A DNA stretch of 35,549 bases from a virus (Duplodnaviria; Caudoviricetes), in the IMG/VR virus record IMGVR_UViG_3300025889_000414, positions 1-35,549 of that record. One strand, given 5' to 3'. Position 1 is the first letter of the stretch. Every line of letters starts with the position of its first letter. The position numbers and the translations under genes are program-made. This document shows positions 35,364 through 35,549 of the stretch, one piece after another. Under the pieces are notes generated by a model. It saw nothing but the letters and a program-made list of their open reading frames with translations, made no database searches and was not told where the DNA came from.

Positions 35364-35549
35364 ATGAGCGAAAAAATTCCATATTATGCATCTATTGACT
35401 GGTCCACTTTTAAAAAGTGGCAAAGCGTTAAAATCCCTATGGAGGACGTGGGAGGCTATAACGGCATTAGTTTGATGGTGAAGTATGCGGCGCGGGCTGG
35501 CGTTGATCTTGAATGGCTCGAATATGCCGATCATGTAAAATTCATAGTA
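35364..35549 (+). CDS. Partial hypothetical protein running off the window
   Basis: GGAG RBS 35355-35358; ATG 35364; open frame to window end (MSEKIPYYASIDWSTFKKW...). Confidence 0.65.
   Translation, partial: MSEKIPYYASIDWSTFKKWQSVKIPMEDVGGYNGISLMVKYAARAGVDLEWLEYADHVKFIV

Noticed and set aside
35331-35534. Minus-strand 67-aa ORF
   Set aside because: Antisense to the + strand ORF at 35364, which has a GGAG RBS and an open frame to the window end
1-35549. Alternative genetic code, introns or inteins
   Set aside because: Core genes are full length under the standard code with tight packing; no intein or intron-like interruption seen in TerL, helicases or primase

Overview
The window is most of the genome of a tailed, podovirus-like dsDNA phage, arranged in two arms. 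The + arm (1-11191) carries small early ORFs, a TOPRIM primase fused to a DUF3987-type P-loop helicase, RusA, a Sak4/AAA_24 recombinase, a DUF669 SSB, a Cas4-like PD-(D/E)XK nuclease, an SNF2-like helicase, a beta-class DNA methyltransferase, a RadD/YejH-like helicase and two ribbon-helix-helix regulators. The - arm (35019 down to 11181) carries TerS, three accessory genes, TerL, a P22-like portal, a collagen/glycine-rich fibre cassette, scaffold, an N4-gp56-type major capsid protein, adaptor, a glycosyltransferase-like enzyme, tail fibres, three ejection proteins and a lysis cassette. I saw no integrase, CI-type repressor, tRNA or CRISPR array. The most striking non-coding feature is a ~280 bp array of TAAAGGA-type heptamers at 35069-35349, where the two arms diverge. 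Six heptamer pairs are exactly mirror-symmetric about position 35209, and the array contains an IHF consensus and an AT-rich core, so it is a candidate origin or packaging site. Several genes also have structured leaders with anti-Shine-Dalgarno elements. All family calls come from motif recognition by eye, not database searches.
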